Positions 1-11,257 are shown, numbered from the stretch's first letter. The stretch: DNA of 64,000 bases from an uncultured delta proteobacterium (GCA_963695875.1 CAVOID010000010.1:149861-213860); one strand, 5' to 3'. Notes: generated by a model from the letters alone, not told the origin. Made by a program: numbers and translations.

Positions 1-869
1 TGGAAGTTGTTGAATATCGGGAAAAGGTAGATGGAATTGAGGCCGTTCTTTCAGATGGCAGATTAAAATCTATTGGGTTTGAATCAACGGCGATGAACGT
101 CAGCACTTATATGAAACTGAAGGAGAAGCTAAGAGCTGTTGCGTTAAAGCCGATGTCTAACGAAATAGATGCCATCAGGGCTATCAAAGATGAGGAAGAA
201 ATAGCCTGTATCAGGAAGGCAGCAGAGATATCATTTCAAGCCCTTACCGCTGTTTGCAACCTTATAAAGCCAGGCGTCAAAGAGAAGGATATTGCTATAG
301 AGTTGGAATTTCGTATAAGGAAATGTGGTGCAGAATTGGTATCCTTTCCTACCATTGTTGCAACGGGAGCGAACTCAGCACAACCGCATGCAGCCCCAGG
401 ATCGCGCGAGATTGAAAATGGAGATATCGTCATGATTGATTACGGGGCTGTATATTTTGGTTATCATTCTGACGAAACTTGTACATTCGTTGTTGGACAT
501 GCGGGTAAAAAACAAAAAGAGGTATACTCACTTGTCAAGAAAGCACACGACAAGGCACTGCAAGCGATCAAACCAGGCATAGCGTGCGGAGAAATTGACC
601 ACATCGCAAGATCTTGTATTGAGGTTGGAAATCTGGGGAAATTTTTTACACATGGCACAGGACATGGTGTTGGTCTTGACGTTCATGAGGCACCACGGAT
701 AGCAGACAAATCAGTAAATATCCTTGAAGCGGGAATGGTTGTAACCATAGAACCCGGCGTCTACATCCCTGACCTATGGGGCATCCGTATTGAGGATATG
801 GTTTTAGTTAAAGAAGGGGGTGGTGAGGTCTTGACAAAAGTACCAAAGGACCTCACGATACTGCACTGA
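1..869 (+). CDS. Xaa-Pro aminopeptidase (M24 family), 5'-truncated by the window edge
   Basis: Frame is open from base 3; M24 metal motifs (IDYG..SD, HGTGHGVGLDVHE, TIEPG, RIED). Confidence 0.92.
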   Translation, partial: EVVEYREKVDGIEAVLSDGRLKSIGFESTAMNVSTYMKLKEKLRAVALKPMSNEIDAIRAIKDEEEIACIRKAAEISFQALTAVCNLIKPGVKEKDIAIELEFRIRKCGAELVSFPTIVATGANSAQPHAAPGSREIENGDIVMIDYGAVYFGYHSDETCTFVVGHAGKKQKEVYSLVKKAHDKALQAIKPGIACGEIDHIARSCIEVGNLGKFFTHGTGHGVGLDVHEAPRIADKSVNILEAGMVVTIEPGVYIPDLWGIRIEDMVLVKEGGGEVLTKVPKDLTILH

Positions 870-909
870 TTACAAAAATTAATAAATTCATATATTAGGG
901 TGTTGTGAT

Positions 910-1308
910 ATGAAGGTATTTCCGGATGATCTTCTTTACAATCGGGAACACACATGGGTAAGGGTTGAAGGCGAATTAGCTACCGTCGGTATTACGGATT
1001 ATGCCCAGGAGAACCTGGGAGAGATCCTTGCTGTTGAACTACCCGAAATAGATTCTTATGTGGAACGGGATGAGCCCTTTGGAACCATAGAATCTGCGAA
1101 GGGTGTTTTCGAACTTATTTCACCGGTTAGCGGCGAGGTAATAAGTGTCAATGAAGATATATTGGACGACATTGGCATTATCAACAGTGATCCTCATGAT
1201 ACAGGATGGATGATCGTTATAGGTATGAAGGATTTGGAAGAGCTTGACGATCTTCTGGATTCCAGGGAATATCATGATTTTGTACTTAAGGAAGCGGAAG
1301 GTGGCTGA
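910..1308 (+). CDS. gcvH: Glycine cleavage system H protein (lipoyl carrier)
   Basis: HTWV..VGITDYAQ..LG and ESAK lipoyl-lysine motif, SPVSGEV, INSDP..GW. Confidence 0.9.
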   Translation: MKVFPDDLLYNREHTWVRVEGELATVGITDYAQENLGEILAVELPEIDSYVERDEPFGTIESAKGVFELISPVSGEVISVNEDILDDIGIINSDPHDTGWMIVIGMKDLEELDDLLDSREYHDFVLKEAEGG

Positions 1309-1317
1309 CTCTTATTC

Positions 1318-2163
1318 ATGATATGGAGATTCATTCCTTACAAGAAGTTGAGTGCCTTTGAAAATATGGCCATTGATGAGGCCATATTTCGGGAAAATCA
1401 ACTGATAGATGCAGCACCGACTTTAAGATTTTACAGCTGGTCTCCGCCATCCATATCCTTGGGATATTTTCAGGAAACTTCAAAAGAAGTCGATGTTGAA
1501 GAGTGCAGACGTTATCACATAGATATTGTTCGGCGTCCAACGGGGGGAAAGGCTGTCCTTCATGAGCATGACCTGACCTATGCAGTTGTCGCAAAAGAGA
1601 ATAATCCCCTCTTCCCGCCGGACATTCTCGGAACATATAGAGTCATTAGTGGGTGTATATCAGATGCTCTGTCAGAGCTTGGTATCAAAGCTGAGATGGC
1701 AGATGACGGAAGAGCATCTCAAGATGAACTATTAAAGGCCTCCTGTTTTTCATCACCATCCCGGTATGAGCTCCTGGTTAAGAAGCGAAAAATATGCGGC
1801 AGTGCACAGGTGAGGTCACGTGGTGTTTTCCTTCAACATGGTTCAATTCTGCTTGATTTTGATCCCGTCAAAACCTGCGCTGTCCTGCTGTCGCGCCACA
1901 GTGATCGCGAAAGGCATGTCAAGCAGTTGCGAGAATCTGTTACATCAATCTATGAACACATCGGCCCCACAGTGAATGTAGCAATGATCTGCCATGCTTT
2001 GAGAAAAAATTTTGAGAAAAAATTAGGAGTTGAATTGGTTCAGAAAGAGATGACTCCCGAAGAGGAGATTCTTAAGACACAGCTGATGCGTGATAAATAT
2101 ATGAATGACAAATGGAATTTGGAAGGCAAGGGTGCCATAAGTGGATATAAATACTCTAATTAG
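1318..2163 (+). CDS. Lipoate-protein ligase A / LipM-type octanoyltransferase
   Basis: NMAIDEA, RRPTGGKAVLH, KICGSAQ, LQHGS motifs. Confidence 0.88.
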   Translation: MIWRFIPYKKLSAFENMAIDEAIFRENQLIDAAPTLRFYSWSPPSISLGYFQETSKEVDVEECRRYHIDIVRRPTGGKAVLHEHDLTYAVVAKENNPLFPPDILGTYRVISGCISDALSELGIKAEMADDGRASQDELLKASCFSSPSRYELLVKKRKICGSAQVRSRGVFLQHGSILLDFDPVKTCAVLLSRHSDRERHVKQLRESVTSIYEHIGPTVNVAMICHALRKNFEKKLGVELVQKEMTPEEEILKTQLMRDKYMNDKWNLEGKGAISGYKYSN

Positions 2164-3202
2164 AAAGGAGGTGCTGAAGCAGGAAGGCTACCGCGCCGAT
2201 TTCACATCCTGTCATGTTAAACTGGATGCAAATGAAAATCCTTTCACTATTCCGCCCTCCCTCAAGGAGAATTTATTCGAGGAGATGAAAAAGGTCTCCC
2301 TGAACCGGTATCCGGAACCCGGTGCCCTTCTTATCAGAAAACGATTTGCCGAACACTACGGTGTAGACGAAGACATGATTATGATTGGTAACGGATCTGA
2401 TGAACTTATTCAGATCCTGTGCAGCGCTTTAGTGGATTCATCTTCATTCGTCATGGTACCGGTGCCCACTTTCGTCATGTACAGGATTATTGCTTTGAAT
2501 ACATGTCATGCAGTTGAGGAGGTGCCCCTCGATGCCTCATTTGATTTGGATCAGGGCACGATGCTTGATCGGGTTTCCGCAAAATCTCCTGTGTTGGTAT
2601 TCTTGAGTTATCCCAACAGTCCTACCGGCAATTGCTTCAACGAAAGGATTGTAGAAGCTATTATAAGAGCATCGGCAGGCATTGTGGTAGTTGATGAGGC
2701 ATATGGCAGCTTCTCGGGGAAAACCTTATTACCTCTATTGAAGCAGTACGACAATGTGGTCATTTTGAAAACCCTTTCCAAGGTAGGACTTGCCGCCATG
2801 AGAATAGGCTTCTTGATCGGTCCTTCTTCCCTCGTTAATGAACTTGATAAAGTTAGGCTCCCCTATAATATCAATACCCTTTCACAAGTTGCAGCCGGTT
2901 TTTATCTAAATCACATTGACATTTTTTTAAGCCAGACTGCAGAGGTTATTGTAAGACGGGAACAACTCTTGGAAGCTTTAAGAAAAATTGAGGGCATTCA
3001 TCCCTATCCGTCTGATGCGAATTTTATTTTTTTTAGTTGCGACTTTGATACAGATAGAGTATATAGATCGCTAATTCAGAATGGAATTCTTATAAAGAAT
3101 TTGAACGGTCCTGGAATCTTGAAAAATTGTATGAGAGTAACCGTGGGAAACCGCGAAGAAAATGAAGAATTTCTAAAGGCATTAAGGAAAATCCTTATTT
3201 AA
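2141..3202 (+). CDS. hisC: Histidinol-phosphate aminotransferase
   Basis: KLDANENP, NRYP, GNGSDELI, DEAY, KTLSK..RIG PLP motifs. Confidence 0.92.
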   Translation: MDINTLIRKEVLKQEGYRADFTSCHVKLDANENPFTIPPSLKENLFEEMKKVSLNRYPEPGALLIRKRFAEHYGVDEDMIMIGNGSDELIQILCSALVDSSSFVMVPVPTFVMYRIIALNTCHAVEEVPLDASFDLDQGTMLDRVSAKSPVLVFLSYPNSPTGNCFNERIVEAIIRASAGIVVVDEAYGSFSGKTLLPLLKQYDNVVILKTLSKVGLAAMRIGFLIGPSSLVNELDKVRLPYNINTLSQVAAGFYLNHIDIFLSQTAEVIVRREQLLEALRKIEGIHPYPSDANFIFFSCDFDTDRVYRSLIQNGILIKNLNGPGILKNCMRVTVGNREENEEFLKALRKILI

Positions 3203-3387
3203 GTAAGGAGTGTGGTTTAATATAAGTAACAGCACAGGGTAGTATACGGCAAGGTTCATGTATTATTATGTCTGGCGCCGTACTGCCCTTTTTTTGTTTT
3301 TTCAATATCTTTAATTGACATATGTACATTAAGTGTAACAAATAATGAATTATTTTATTATAAAAGATAAAGAAAGGAAGGGTTGTT

Positions 3388-3579
3388 TTGGAAGTAAAAG
3401 TATACGACAATGACATAGAAAAAGCCTTGAAAATCCTTAAGAACAAACTTTCAAAAAGTGGGTTGTTCAAGGAACTTAAATTGCGCAGAGCCTATGAAAA
3501 GCCCTCAGTAAAGAGGAAGCGCAAAGCCATCGAAGCACGCAGGCGTTATGCCAAGGTTCAGCGGCGTAGAAGTTACTGA
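3388..3579 (+). CDS. rpsU: 30S ribosomal protein S21
   Basis: IEKALK..YEKPSVKRKRK; TTG start after an AAGGAAGG RBS. Confidence 0.95.
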   Translation: MEVKVYDNDIEKALKILKNKLSKSGLFKELKLRRAYEKPSVKRKRKAIEARRRYAKVQRRRSY

Positions 3580-3664
3580 CAACAGAACTTTTATGCGACA
3601 GCATCATAATTTAACGAAAGCGGGGATTCCTGGCCAATGCTACTAGTCCCGGAACGTGCTCAGT

Positions 3665-4318
3665 ATGGATGAAAAACAATATCTGGTTGACGCTTTATCC
3701 ATCGAGGAGTCTTGGCGGATATTCCGCATCATGGCTGAATTTGTGGAAGCCATTGAAACTCTTTCCCAGGTGAAGCACGCTGTCACTATTTTTGGATCAG
3801 CAAGGGTTCTTCCCGACGATCCATACTATAAGAAGGCAGAGTATCTTGCAGGGAAGCTTGCGGAGAATGGCTTTAGTGTGATTACGGGAGGTGGTCCCGG
3901 CATCATGGAAGCGGCCAACAAGGGTGCCGCAGAGGCTGGCGGCAAATCGGTAGGAATGAATATCCGACTCCCCTATGAACAGAAACCAAACCCATATGCC
4001 AATACAATTATCGAATATAAATATTTCTTCATTCGTAAAGTGATGTTTGTCAAATATGCCGTAGCTTATGTGATCCTGCCGGGGGGGTTTGGGACCATGG
4101 ATGAGCTTTTTGAGGCCATGACTCTGATTCAGACAAAAAGAATAAAATGCTTTCCTGTCATTTTGATGGGAAGTGACTACTGGAAGGGTTTAATTGACTG
4201 GATAAGAAACACTATGCTTCAAAACGACAAAATTGAACCTTGTGATCTCGAAATTATACACGTCATTGATGATCCTGACGAAATAGTCAAACATATTAAG
4301 AAATTTGTCATTCTCTAA
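3665..4318 (+). CDS. LOG family protein (TIGR00730-like)
   Basis: FGSAR, TGGGPGIMEA, PGGFGTMDE motifs. Confidence 0.9.
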   Translation: MDEKQYLVDALSIEESWRIFRIMAEFVEAIETLSQVKHAVTIFGSARVLPDDPYYKKAEYLAGKLAENGFSVITGGGPGIMEAANKGAAEAGGKSVGMNIRLPYEQKPNPYANTIIEYKYFFIRKVMFVKYAVAYVILPGGFGTMDELFEAMTLIQTKRIKCFPVILMGSDYWKGLIDWIRNTMLQNDKIEPCDLEIIHVIDDPDEIVKHIKKFVIL

Positions 4319-4393
4319 AAACTCTGTGGCATTTAATCTGACACGCTATAACCAAGATACAATTAACCCTGGCTAAAAAGAGCTGCGGTCAGC

Positions 4394-5760
4394 ATGATTG
4401 ATGTTGAAAAGATACTGACGGATCTTAAGAAAGGGAGTAAATCCCCTTCGCCTTGTTATTTCCTCTACGGTGAAGAAGAATATCTTGTCAAAGATGCCCT
4501 GAATAGAATCATAGCGACTATCCTTCCTGCAAGCGACAGAGACCTGAATCTCTTTTTCATGGATGGAGAAAACGAAGACATAGACATCCTGTGCGAAACG
4601 ATTCTGACACCTCCTCTCATTCCGGGGAAAAAAATTGTCGTATTAAGAAATACCCGTCTATTCCAATCCAGAAAAATCCTCCCAGAAATAATACAAAAAA
4701 TGCGCAGCCATTTTGAAAAGGATCCCGACACGGCAGCAAAGTACTTTATGCACTTTCTAAAGATAACGGGCTGGAACCTCGATGACCTAAGAAATGACGG
4801 TTGGAAGAAAATAACAGACGAAGACTGGCAAAAAACTGTTGAAGGGGATGATGGACATGATCGAGAAACCTGGCTTCCCGGAATAATAGAGGTTTGTGTC
4901 AGCCGCGGGATGGATGTGAGTCAAATTAAGGATGATACGGATCGCCTCGAAGATATCCTGGAAAAGAGGCATCCCAGAAGGAAATCACCTGATCATGACT
5001 GCGGAAACGGTGGATAAAAGAAAGAGACTTTTCAGGATCATATCCGAGATCGGTGTAATCCTTCATTTTTCTCAGGTGAGAGGTGAGACCAGGCAGAAGA
5101 ATGCCTTGATAGGTACGGCTAAGGATCTTTTGGCTAAAACCGGGAAAAAACTTACGCAGGATGCGTGGATCGCGATCGGCAAAAAAACAGGTTTTAATCT
5201 CGCTGATTCTATGGGAGCCCTGGAAAAGTTAATCGCTTACACGGGTGAGAGGATGTTGATTGAGGATTCAGATGTCGAAGAGGTTGTGGGAAAGACAAAG
5301 GAAAATACCGTATTCGATTTAACAAGAGCACTCGTCGATAAAGATCTTAACATGGCCCTCTTCAAACTTGAAAGACCTTTTCGATCAGGGTGTTAACCAC
5401 TTATTAATACTGTCGATGATAGCGAGGGAAATCAGATTTCTCCTCCATGCCAAGACGTTTATTAGATCGGGGAAGCTTAGCTCCTTTCATCCGAACATGG
5501 ACTACGACCTTTTCCAAAAGTCCGATTATCCGGTCATCCAGGAATTGATCGGCAATACAGGGAAGAAAGGGAGCAGAGGGGATCTAGGTTCTCAACATCC
5601 CTATGTTGTTTATAATGCCCTGAAAAATTCATATCGATTCTCATATGAACACCTGGTAAAATATCTTGAAGACCTCGTCGATATGGATATCGCCTTCAAG
5701 ACAACAACGAAAGACCCACGGTTTCTGCTGGAGCGCTTTATCATTAATGTATGCACATAA
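4394..5760 (+). CDS. holA: DNA polymerase III delta subunit, split over three frames (probable sequencing indels)
   Basis: YFLYGEEEYL N-terminus, DKRK..F, LEKL..Y, VFDL, D...KT C-terminus across ORFs 4394-5017, 4932-5396 and 5368-5760. Confidence 0.8.
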
Positions 5761-5794
5761 ACACTAAAGAGTGGTTTAAAAATCATGCTTTTTC

Positions 5795-5961
5795 CAGGCT
5801 GTTCAAAAATGTATGGATCAAGGCACTCCCTTCGACATGCTCAGGATAAACTCACCCGAGGAATGACAGGTACACAGAAGTATGTTGAATAAACCTGCCC
5901 CGGACTTGATCCAGGAATGGGCGCAGTGCAATATAACAGATGGGCATTTTTCAACAGCCTG
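5795..5961. mobile_element. MITE-like element with terminal inverted repeats and nested REP-like hairpins
   Basis: TIRs CAGGCTGTTCAAAAATG / CATTTTTCAACAGCCTG; related to 14424-14600, 36546-36670 and 39733-39911. Confidence 0.7.
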
Positions 5962-5967
5962 TATAGA

Positions 5968-6505
5968 TTAAAGCTTCCGGATTCTTACTCTTGCCGCCTT
6001 TTTTTTCCGGGAAAGTCTCCTTGATGGTCCTTTCTTCTTTACATTTGCCGTAGTTTCATCCTCCTTATCCCTGTCACATCTTTCTTCAGTATAGGAGGAT
6101 GGATCAGGCAGACCGGTTTTAAGCCTGCTGATAAGCTCTTCGAACTCCTGGGAAGATATTGCAGTCCCTCCTCTTCGAATGACAAAATTGGCAATATCCC
6201 TGTCCGATGTGACGACAACGATTTCTTCTCCCATTTTTTCAACCCTTCGCTTGATGACATCATCTGCCTTCTCACCCCTCCGAGAATAAATGATGTCAAT
6301 GCCCTCCTGTCGATCTCGCTCTTCCTCGGCAGGGCCGCTTTCCCAGCCGTCAAAGACAACAGTCACCTTATGTCCCTTTTGCTTCCTATACACTGCTATG
6401 AAGCGTATCAGAGCCTTTCGGCCTTCTTCTAGGCTGAATCTCTCATACCGCCTCAGTGCAATCGGATTGTCTTATCAGGTTATACCCGTCGATAATAATA
6501 TGCAT
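5968..6505 (-). CDS. NYN domain (YacP-like) ribonuclease, one frameshift near 6460
   Basis: MHIIIDGYNLI from ATG 6505, then VVFDG, ADDVI and VVTSD in the next frame. Confidence 0.85.
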
Positions 6506-6833
6506 TATAGTTCATACCAATTTTATTTCATCCAGAAAGGTGAGACACTTTTCCTACTATAGAAAAGCTTGGGCATCCCACTCGACATAATTTATTATCC
6601 GTGCAATTCCGGTTTTTACTTGACCTCAGTACTATGCTTCTGCTATTTTTTACTCGTTTTTATATTAGAAGGTTCTTTACAGGTCAATCCCTACCATAAT
6701 AATCTCCTGCAAGAGAGTATTAATAATATAATACTACCATGGCTTAGCTAAGATTTAAATGATCATTAACCGTTTTAATATCTACATAAAACCTTCAACT
6801 TCGAGTAACTTTTAAAATACAAGGAGGGGCGAT

Positions 6834-8477
6834 ATGCCAGAGAAAATCTATCAGCCGGGAGAATGTTACAAGTATCAACTAATCCTCAAACATTTGCTTG
6901 AGACCCCCCTTTTCTTTGCCCCAGATCAGCAGATCGTTTACAGAGATAAAGTTCGTCTCACATACAGAATGTTTAATGAGCGCATCCACAGATTGGCCAA
7001 TGCTCTAAAATTACTGGGTGTCAAGATGGGTGATACGGTTTGTGTGTTTGATTATGACAGCCATCGTTATCTGGAGTGTTTCTTTGCCATACCTATGATG
7101 GGAGCGGTTCTTCATACTCAGAACTGGCGGTTATCTCCGGAACAGATCCTCTACACAATGAATCACGCGGAGGATGATGTTGTCCTGATCCATTCCGATT
7201 TTTTACCCATTCTGGAGGCGATAAAGGATAAACTAACCACCGTCAAAAAGGTTGTCCTGATCACCGATGATGATCAAAGACCGGCTACAAAGCTAAATAT
7301 CGATATAGAGTATGAAGAGATGCTGCGGGGAGCATCCAGACATTATGATTTTCCTGATTTAGATGAATATACGAGGGCGACAACATTTTATACCACTGGA
7401 ACAACAGGAGCCCCAAAGGGTGTTTATTTTTCCCACAGGCAACTTGTGCTTCATACACAGGCAGGCCTAATCGGGTTAGGCGCCTATGAATCGGTTGCCA
7501 GATTCCGGTCAAATGATGTTTACATGCCGATTACCCCCATGTTTCATGTCCACGCCTGGGGAATCCCCTATATTGCAACCTTGCTGGGTGTGAAGCAGGT
7601 CTACCCCGGCAGATACGAGCCAGAGATGCTCATGAAGCTTATCTTGACAGAGAAGGTCACTTTCTCCCACTGTGTTCCGACGATTCTTCATATGCTTGTG
7701 AGCAGTCCCGCAGTCAAGAAACTGGACTTGTCCAAATGGAAGGTGATTATCGGTGGTTCGAGGCTTCCTAAGGGACTGGCTAAGGCAACAATGGATCTGG
7801 GAATTCAGATTTTTTCCGGTTACGGGATGTCAGAGACCTGCCCGGTGATCTCGCTGGCAAATCTTAAGCCGCACATGCTTGATTGGAACAAGGAGAATCA
7901 GATAGATAAATTGATCATGACGGGACTCCCGATACCATTTGTGTACGCGAGAATTGTAGATCATTCAGGAAAAGATGTGCCGCATAATGGCGAATCGACA
8001 GGCGAGCTAATTTTAAGAGCACCGTGGCTGACAGAAACTTATTTCAACGATCCTGAAAGGACCAAGGATTTATGGAAGGGTGGATGGCTTTACACGGGCG
8101 ATGTAGCTAATATTGACCCGGCTGGGTACATTCAGATTACGGATAGGACCAAAGATGTTATCAAGACAGGAGGGGAATGGATTTCTTCTCTCGAACTGGA
8201 GAATCTGATCAGCCAGCATGAGGCCGTGTCGGAAGCGGCAGCGATCGGTATCCCTGATGACAAATGGGGGGAGCGACCTTTATTGATCGTTGTCCTGAGA
8301 CCTGAATACAAAGACAAGGTCAGCAATGAAGACTTGCAGAAATTCATGGCGAAATTTGCAAAAGAGGGCAAAATCCCGAAGTATGGTGTGCCTGATCGCT
8401 ACCTCATCGTTGATGGGATTCCCAAGACCAGTGTAGGTAAGATTAATAAAATTCAACTGAGAAAATTATATGGATAG
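6834..8477 (+). CDS. Fatty acid--CoA ligase (AMP-binding)
   Basis: YTTGTTGAPKG, GYGMSET, TGD, DRTKDVIKTGGEWISS, PKTSVGK. Confidence 0.93.
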   Translation: MPEKIYQPGECYKYQLILKHLLETPLFFAPDQQIVYRDKVRLTYRMFNERIHRLANALKLLGVKMGDTVCVFDYDSHRYLECFFAIPMMGAVLHTQNWRLSPEQILYTMNHAEDDVVLIHSDFLPILEAIKDKLTTVKKVVLITDDDQRPATKLNIDIEYEEMLRGASRHYDFPDLDEYTRATTFYTTGTTGAPKGVYFSHRQLVLHTQAGLIGLGAYESVARFRSNDVYMPITPMFHVHAWGIPYIATLLGVKQVYPGRYEPEMLMKLILTEKVTFSHCVPTILHMLVSSPAVKKLDLSKWKVIIGGSRLPKGLAKATMDLGIQIFSGYGMSETCPVISLANLKPHMLDWNKENQIDKLIMTGLPIPFVYARIVDHSGKDVPHNGESTGELILRAPWLTETYFNDPERTKDLWKGGWLYTGDVANIDPAGYIQITDRTKDVIKTGGEWISSLELENLISQHEAVSEAAAIGIPDDKWGERPLLIVVLRPEYKDKVSNEDLQKFMAKFAKEGKIPKYGVPDRYLIVDGIPKTSVGKINKIQLRKLYG

Positions 8478-8488
8478 GAGGACGAGAA

Positions 8489-9631
8489 ATGGATTTTGAA
8501 TTGACCGATGAACTGAAGATGTTGAAGGAGATGGCATATAAATTTGCCTTGGCCGAGTTTTCGGAAGCATCTCATGAATGCGATGAGGACGAGAAATATA
8601 CTCCGGAGATCCGTAAGAAAGCAGCAGAAAATGGTCTTGTCGGAGCCTGGATTCCCGAAGCATATGGTGGCGCGGGTGCAGGTTTTTTAGGCAATGCCAT
8701 CATAACCGAAGAACTGTCCAAGGTGGACATGGGAATTGGATTAAATGTTGTCGCTGCTACATTTGGCTGTGAATCTATATTGCACTTCGGCTCGGAACAA
8801 CAAAAAAAGAAATATCTCCCTCCTGTATGCAGAGGGGAGCAGGTCAGTGCCGGGGCCTTTACAGAACCTAATGCTGGTACCGACGTCGCAGGATACAGAG
8901 CAAAGGCTCTGAAAGACGGAAGTGACTATATCATTACTGGAAACAAGATGTTCATCACTAACGGGAGTGTCTGCGATTTCATGGTTGCCCAGTGTATTAC
9001 CAACCCGGAAGAAAAGAAGCACAACAGTTTCAGTCTCATTATAGTTCCCTCTGATACCAAGGGGATAACCCGAAACAAGATCCATGGGAAGATGGGCATC
9101 CGGTCCAGTGACACGGCAGAAATCGCTTTTGAGGATGTGAGGGTTCCGCAGTCCAATTTGGTCGGCAAGGCAGGCAACGGTTTCCGCCAGTTGATGCACT
9201 TTTTTGATACAACCAGGGTGATGGTTTCGGCCCAGGCACTTGGACTTTCTGAAGCATGTCTGGAGACAAGCATTAAGTATGTAAAGGAGAGAACGGCATT
9301 TGGCGCCCCCTTGGGTTCCTTCCAATTAACTCAGATGAAACTTACCGAAATGGCAATTAAGATAGAGGCGCTACGAGGGCTTATCTACAAAGCGGCCTGG
9401 CTGGTCGATGAGGGCCGTCCTGACTATACATTGGCCGCAATGGCAAAATACTTCGGTGGGCAGACAGCCGTGTTCTGTGCTAATTATGCAGTCGAACTTC
9501 ACGGCGGGTATGGCTATATTGACGAGTACAACGTCCAGAAATGGTACCGAGATGCGAAGATTCTTGAGCTTTACGAAGGAACCAAGGAAGCCGAGATCAT
9601 GACCATAGGCAGAATTCTACAGGCGCGGTAG
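8489..9631 (+). CDS. Acyl-CoA dehydrogenase
   Basis: FTEPNAGTD, GNKMFITNG, KMGIR.S, HGGYGY, YEGT.E. Confidence 0.95.
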   Translation: MDFELTDELKMLKEMAYKFALAEFSEASHECDEDEKYTPEIRKKAAENGLVGAWIPEAYGGAGAGFLGNAIITEELSKVDMGIGLNVVAATFGCESILHFGSEQQKKKYLPPVCRGEQVSAGAFTEPNAGTDVAGYRAKALKDGSDYIITGNKMFITNGSVCDFMVAQCITNPEEKKHNSFSLIIVPSDTKGITRNKIHGKMGIRSSDTAEIAFEDVRVPQSNLVGKAGNGFRQLMHFFDTTRVMVSAQALGLSEACLETSIKYVKERTAFGAPLGSFQLTQMKLTEMAIKIEALRGLIYKAAWLVDEGRPDYTLAAMAKYFGGQTAVFCANYAVELHGGYGYIDEYNVQKWYRDAKILELYEGTKEAEIMTIGRILQAR

Positions 9632-9641
9632 CTGTACAAAG

Positions 9642-9818
9642 AATCCCCCGTGCCCCTTTGAGACTGTGTCACAATGTCATTATGAGGCGTGAAACGATCG
9701 AAGCAATCTCGTAACGAGCTAGAGATAAAAAGATTGCAACGCTCCCTTTGGTCGCTGACAATGACAAATAAGAATTGTGGCACTGTCTCCTTAATAGTAA
9801 AGTGGGCATGGTGGATTT
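9642..9818. repeat. Nested repeat: TIR element (9660-9789) containing a GTCAT-type REP doublet, inside a CCCCTTT/AAAG-type palindrome
   Basis: TIRs GAGACTGTGTCACAA / TTGTGGCACTGTCTC; outer arms AATCCCCCGTGCCCCTTT and AAAGTGGGCATGGTGGATT. Confidence 0.6.
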
Positions 9819-9955
9819 TTAAATTTTGAATCTATATTACTTGTCCAAGATAGCCTTCCTTAGTAAGACGCTTGACAGAATAGTCAAGAAAGCCCATGAG
9901 CCCGGCCATATTTAAAATGATTCCTGGCGAGTCTAAACCACACTACTGATAATCG

Positions 9956-11257
9956 ATGTACACACTGTATAACATCCTGCTATTGATAGCAGCCCTTTTT
10001 GCTTTCCCCTATTATGCATTAAAGATGATGCTGACGGGAAAGTACAGAAAAAGCATCGGGCCAAAGTTCGGCTTCATCAGACCTGAATCTTTTACTAATA
10101 TGAAAGGCAGTCCCAGGATATGGATGCACGCCGTATCGGTCGGTGAGGTGACGGCTGCTGCCCCTATTGTTGCTTCCCTCAGAGAACATTTTCCTGAAGC
10201 CTGCATCATACTATCAACCAGCACAGAAACAGGCCAGGAGATGGCTCGCAGGATTGTAACCGCAGCCACGTCTTTCATATATTATCCCCTTGACATTCCC
10301 TTCGTAGTCAGAAAGGTTATCAGCCAGGTGAACCCCGATATCTTCATCCTGACAGAAACGGAACTCTGGCCCAATTTTATCAGGACATGCAAAGAACGAG
10401 GCGTGAAGGTCATTATGGTCAATGGACGCATCTCGCCCCGCTCTTTTAAGAAATATGCCATGACGGTTTTTTTCTGGAAAAGCATCTTGAACGCGATCGA
10501 TGAAGCGGGTGTGATTTCAGAGATTGATGCCGAGAGGCTTAGTCAGCTCGGCATGTTGCCATCGAGAATTCACATATTGGGAAACGCAAAGTACGACAGT
10601 CTGGCAGCGAATGCATCTCCGGAGATTCAGGAAGAGATGGAGAGAAAGTTGAATCTTGCAAAAGACGACAGGGTCTTTGTAGCGGGAAGTACTCACGATG
10701 GTGAGGAAAAAATCATCCTGAACGTTTACGGAAAACTCCTCAAGACATACCCCGACTTCAAATTGATTATTATCCCCCGGCATCCCGATAGAGGGCAGTC
10801 AGTCCTTGCCATGGCTAAAGAGGCTGGAGTTAACGATTGCATAACAATGACAGAAATCAACAGTGGAAAACAGCGGGCCACAGAACGCGTCATCATCATC
10901 GATGTCATTGGCGAACTTTTCAAGGTATATAGTCTAGCTACCACTGTCTTTTGCGGAGGCTCCCTTGTGCCAAAAGGTGGGCAGAACATCCTCGAACCCG
11001 CTGCATGGGGCAAGGTCATCTTTTATGGACCTTACATGGAAGACTTCAGAGACGAAGAAGATCTTTTAGAAAAGACCGGTGCTGGGATAATGGTTAGAAA
11101 CGGTGAAGAATTATTGGGTGGTATTTTGAGGCTCATGGCTGATCCTGATGCACTCTCCAAGAAAGGAGAGGATGGGCGCAAGATTGTGTCCGCAAATATG
11201 GGTGCCGCTCAACGATACGCAGGAATGATCAGGCGGCACATAGCATCCAATGCTTAA
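9956..11257 (+). CDS. waaA: 3-deoxy-D-manno-octulosonic acid transferase
   Basis: IWMHAVSVGE, ETELWPN, NGRIS, GSTH.GEE, PRHP.R, GGQNILEP. Confidence 0.95.
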   Translation: MYTLYNILLLIAALFAFPYYALKMMLTGKYRKSIGPKFGFIRPESFTNMKGSPRIWMHAVSVGEVTAAAPIVASLREHFPEACIILSTSTETGQEMARRIVTAATSFIYYPLDIPFVVRKVISQVNPDIFILTETELWPNFIRTCKERGVKVIMVNGRISPRSFKKYAMTVFFWKSILNAIDEAGVISEIDAERLSQLGMLPSRIHILGNAKYDSLAANASPEIQEEMERKLNLAKDDRVFVAGSTHDGEEKIILNVYGKLLKTYPDFKLIIIPRHPDRGQSVLAMAKEAGVNDCITMTEINSGKQRATERVIIIDVIGELFKVYSLATTVFCGGSLVPKGGQNILEPAAWGKVIFYGPYMEDFRDEEDLLEKTGAGIMVRNGEELLGGILRLMADPDALSKKGEDGRKIVSANMGAAQRYAGMIRRHIASNA

